DNA of 64,000 nucleotides from a virus (Duplodnaviria; Caudoviricetes): IMG/VR virus record IMGVR_UViG_3300029305_003246, positions 1 to 64,000 of that record; one strand, 5' to 3'. Shown piece by piece: positions 62,113 to 64,000 of this stretch (position 1 is its first letter; each line of letters starts with the position of its first letter). The notes under the pieces were generated by a model. It saw only the letters and a program-made list of their open reading frames with translations, ran no database searches and was not told where the DNA came from. The position numbers and the translations under genes were made by a program.

Positions 62113-63965
62113 ATGTTAAATTTATTTGCTATAGGAGCTTTAGTTAGTATATATTTAGTTGGTAAAAATACTGAAAACGGTGAGCAAGTTGATAATAAAG
62201 CCAAAAACGAAGATGCTACTTATGAGTATTGGAAAGATTTATCTTACGAAGATCAATTTACTTATTTCTCTACTAATGAATATTTAAAAGATTATATGAA
62301 GAATGATTATTATAGTACTAATAGAGAATTGACTGCACGCCACGTGCAGGCGATAGCAGATAAGTTAAATAGAGAATTTACTAATAAATATAATAGATAT
62401 TAAGACGAGTTTACACTCGTCTTTTTATTCGTTTATAAGGATAATAAAACTAAAGGGAGTTGATAATATGTTAGAAGGTATACTTGGTTTAGTAGGTCTT
62501 GGATTTTGTGTATTTGCAAAGTTAGCCGAAAATGATTTTGATGTAGAAAAGATTATGGATGACGAAATTAAAAAGCAAGATGAGGCTATCGAAAGAAAAT
62601 TTAAAGAATTCGAAAAAAATTCAAGAAAATAGGTATCTTTTTTAAGCAAATGTATATAATAAGAATATAAAGAACCTTTAAAATTAAATATAAAATTCTA
62701 GGAGGTAAACCCTATGGAAAAAATGTTAAATCTTAAAAAGGAAGAAATAGAAAGATTAGAAGAAAGAGCTCGCAGATATATGCTAGATATTCAAAGTTTA
62801 GATACTCCATATGAATTAGCTTTATTCGGCAAAGGGACAATGGATAAATTGGTTGAAGTTCAAACTTTATTAGACCAACTATATGCAGATGTTAGGATGA
62901 TAGAGTATTTCATAAAGGAGGGAAAATAATATGGATTATATTTTAGTTCTAAGGGTTAGGGACAACAAGTCCAAAACCCTTCTTGGTGGCAAAGTTTACA
63001 AAGCAAGACGTTGGGGACTTAATAATTATAAGGTTATCGACGAGAATGGAAATTGGAAGCCAGCTAAAAGAGAAAACTTTTTAGAAATTTTAGTTCACGA
63101 ATAAGAAATAACTCGTTCTAGTAAGTATAAATAAAATATTATAAAAATTCAGGAGGTAAACCCTATGAGATTAAGAAATAATGATGTTTTAGATATGTTT
63201 ATAAATAGAAGAGGTATGGCAGAGAACCATACTCAAAACCTTTACATCGATGAACGTGGAGTTCTTTGGAACTATGCAACTCCTATAGCTTTATACTATA
63301 ACGGTGAGCTATACTTAAATGCAACTAAATACTCAGTTACTACTAGCAAGCATCAAAATTATCTAAGACGCAATGCAGTAGTTACTGAAGTTAATGAAAG
63401 CGAATTAAGAGATTTAGTATTTGCACTAAATTATTAGAAAGAAGGTTCATATGAACCTTCTTTTTTCGTTATTTAAAGAAAAGGGAGGCGATATTATGGA
63501 TTATTCTATAAAAAGAGCTATCCATACGAAGTATGGGGTATTTAATATAGGGGATACTATTCTAGTCTATTTAGAGGATAACCGACCTATCAAGACTGAA
63601 TTGATTGATATATTTTGGGCAGATGAGTATAATGCTTATATCGTAACGACGGAAGGAAATTTTTTACTAAAAAATGTATTAAGATTGGTATAATTTCAAG
63701 AAAATATAATATAATAGAAATATAATTAAATATTAATTTTTAGGAGGTAATCTCTATGAGATACAGTGCTACTTTATTAATAAATGTTTGTGATTTATTA
63801 GAAGGAAAAGAACTTAATAATTTAGGTAAACTTAACGACCTACTACATCGAGTTATGGGTATGGATTATGCACTTATGGATGGCAAATTAAGATGCAGAT
63901 TAAAACGAGATATAAGAGATATGATGATAATTGAAAACGGTCGCCTAGTATATAAAGAATTTTAA
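62113..63965 (+). other. small hypothetical CDS (62113-62403, 62714-62929, 63165-63437, 63496-63693, 63756-63965)
   Basis: RBS-preceded ORFs; 63165 carries a YSVTTSKHQ motif familiar from small phage proteins. Confidence 0.55.
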
Positions 63966-63991
63966 AAGAACCAAATATTTGGTTCTTTTTT
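63965..63991 (+). terminator. intrinsic terminator
   Basis: AAAGAACCAAA-TA-TTTGGTTCTTT-TTT. Confidence 0.8.
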
Positions 63992-64000
63992 ATTGCTTTT

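Noticed and set aside
197-62649. All minus-strand ORFs in the track
   Set aside because: They are short shadows of + strand genes with no RBS or recognisable motifs; 52718-53071 is the antisense of the frameshifted sortase substrate and 56802-57032 overlies the hairpin RNA.
19126-63495. Several ORF-track start positions (19126, 34828, 55592, 59002, 59819, 61217, 63451)
   Set aside because: They lie upstream of or within the obvious GGAGG RBS; downstream ATGs were used instead.
1-64000. Stop-codon reassignment
   Set aside because: Conserved genes are full length in the standard code, and TAG stops coincide with protein ends, terminators and promoter motifs.
1-64000. Prophage, plasmid or host chromosome origin
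   Set aside because: No integrase, partition or rRNA/ribosomal genes; uniform orientation, phage-type replication genes and shared phage promoter motifs run throughout, including around metK and srtB.

Overview
64 kb of a large AT-rich, apparently lytic phage genome, most likely infecting a spore-forming Clostridia-type Firmicute (strong GGAGG RBSs, class B sortase, YyaC, 3D-domain protein, SigH-like sigma factors). Every credible gene is on the + strand, and no structural, integrase or tRNA genes were recognised. The region 1-43 kb is a replication, recombination and nucleotide-metabolism module: ClpP-like protease, dUTPase, MetK, family-A DNA polymerase, two giant paralogous proteins, ATP-dependent ligase, clamp loader and beta-clamp, UDG-like protein, SSB, RuvC, RecA, a three-piece SbcC plus SbcD, a split primase, a GNAT/DUF2156 pair with an amino-methyltransferase, and ThyX. 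The region 43-64 kb is an early/accessory region of small genes. Main non-routine signals: (i) about 37 copies of a GTTCA-N16/17-CGTW promoter-like motif, about half built into intrinsic terminators, plus about 15 copies of a GGTATC/GTAATC-N17-TATAAT class and 3-4 sigma-like genes; (ii) a GC-rich noncoding RNA with four C-GAUUUA-G hairpins and a separate pseudoknotted RNA, interleaved with a paralogous gene pair (56.0-57.5 kb); (iii) a phage sortase B beside an xPxTG surface protein frameshifted at an A6 run; (iv) probable head-packaged giant proteins, one with an ADP-ribosyltransferase-like domain; (v) strand-asymmetric avoidance of GCTG/CCTG. All calls come from motif recognition by eye; no searches or folding programs were run.
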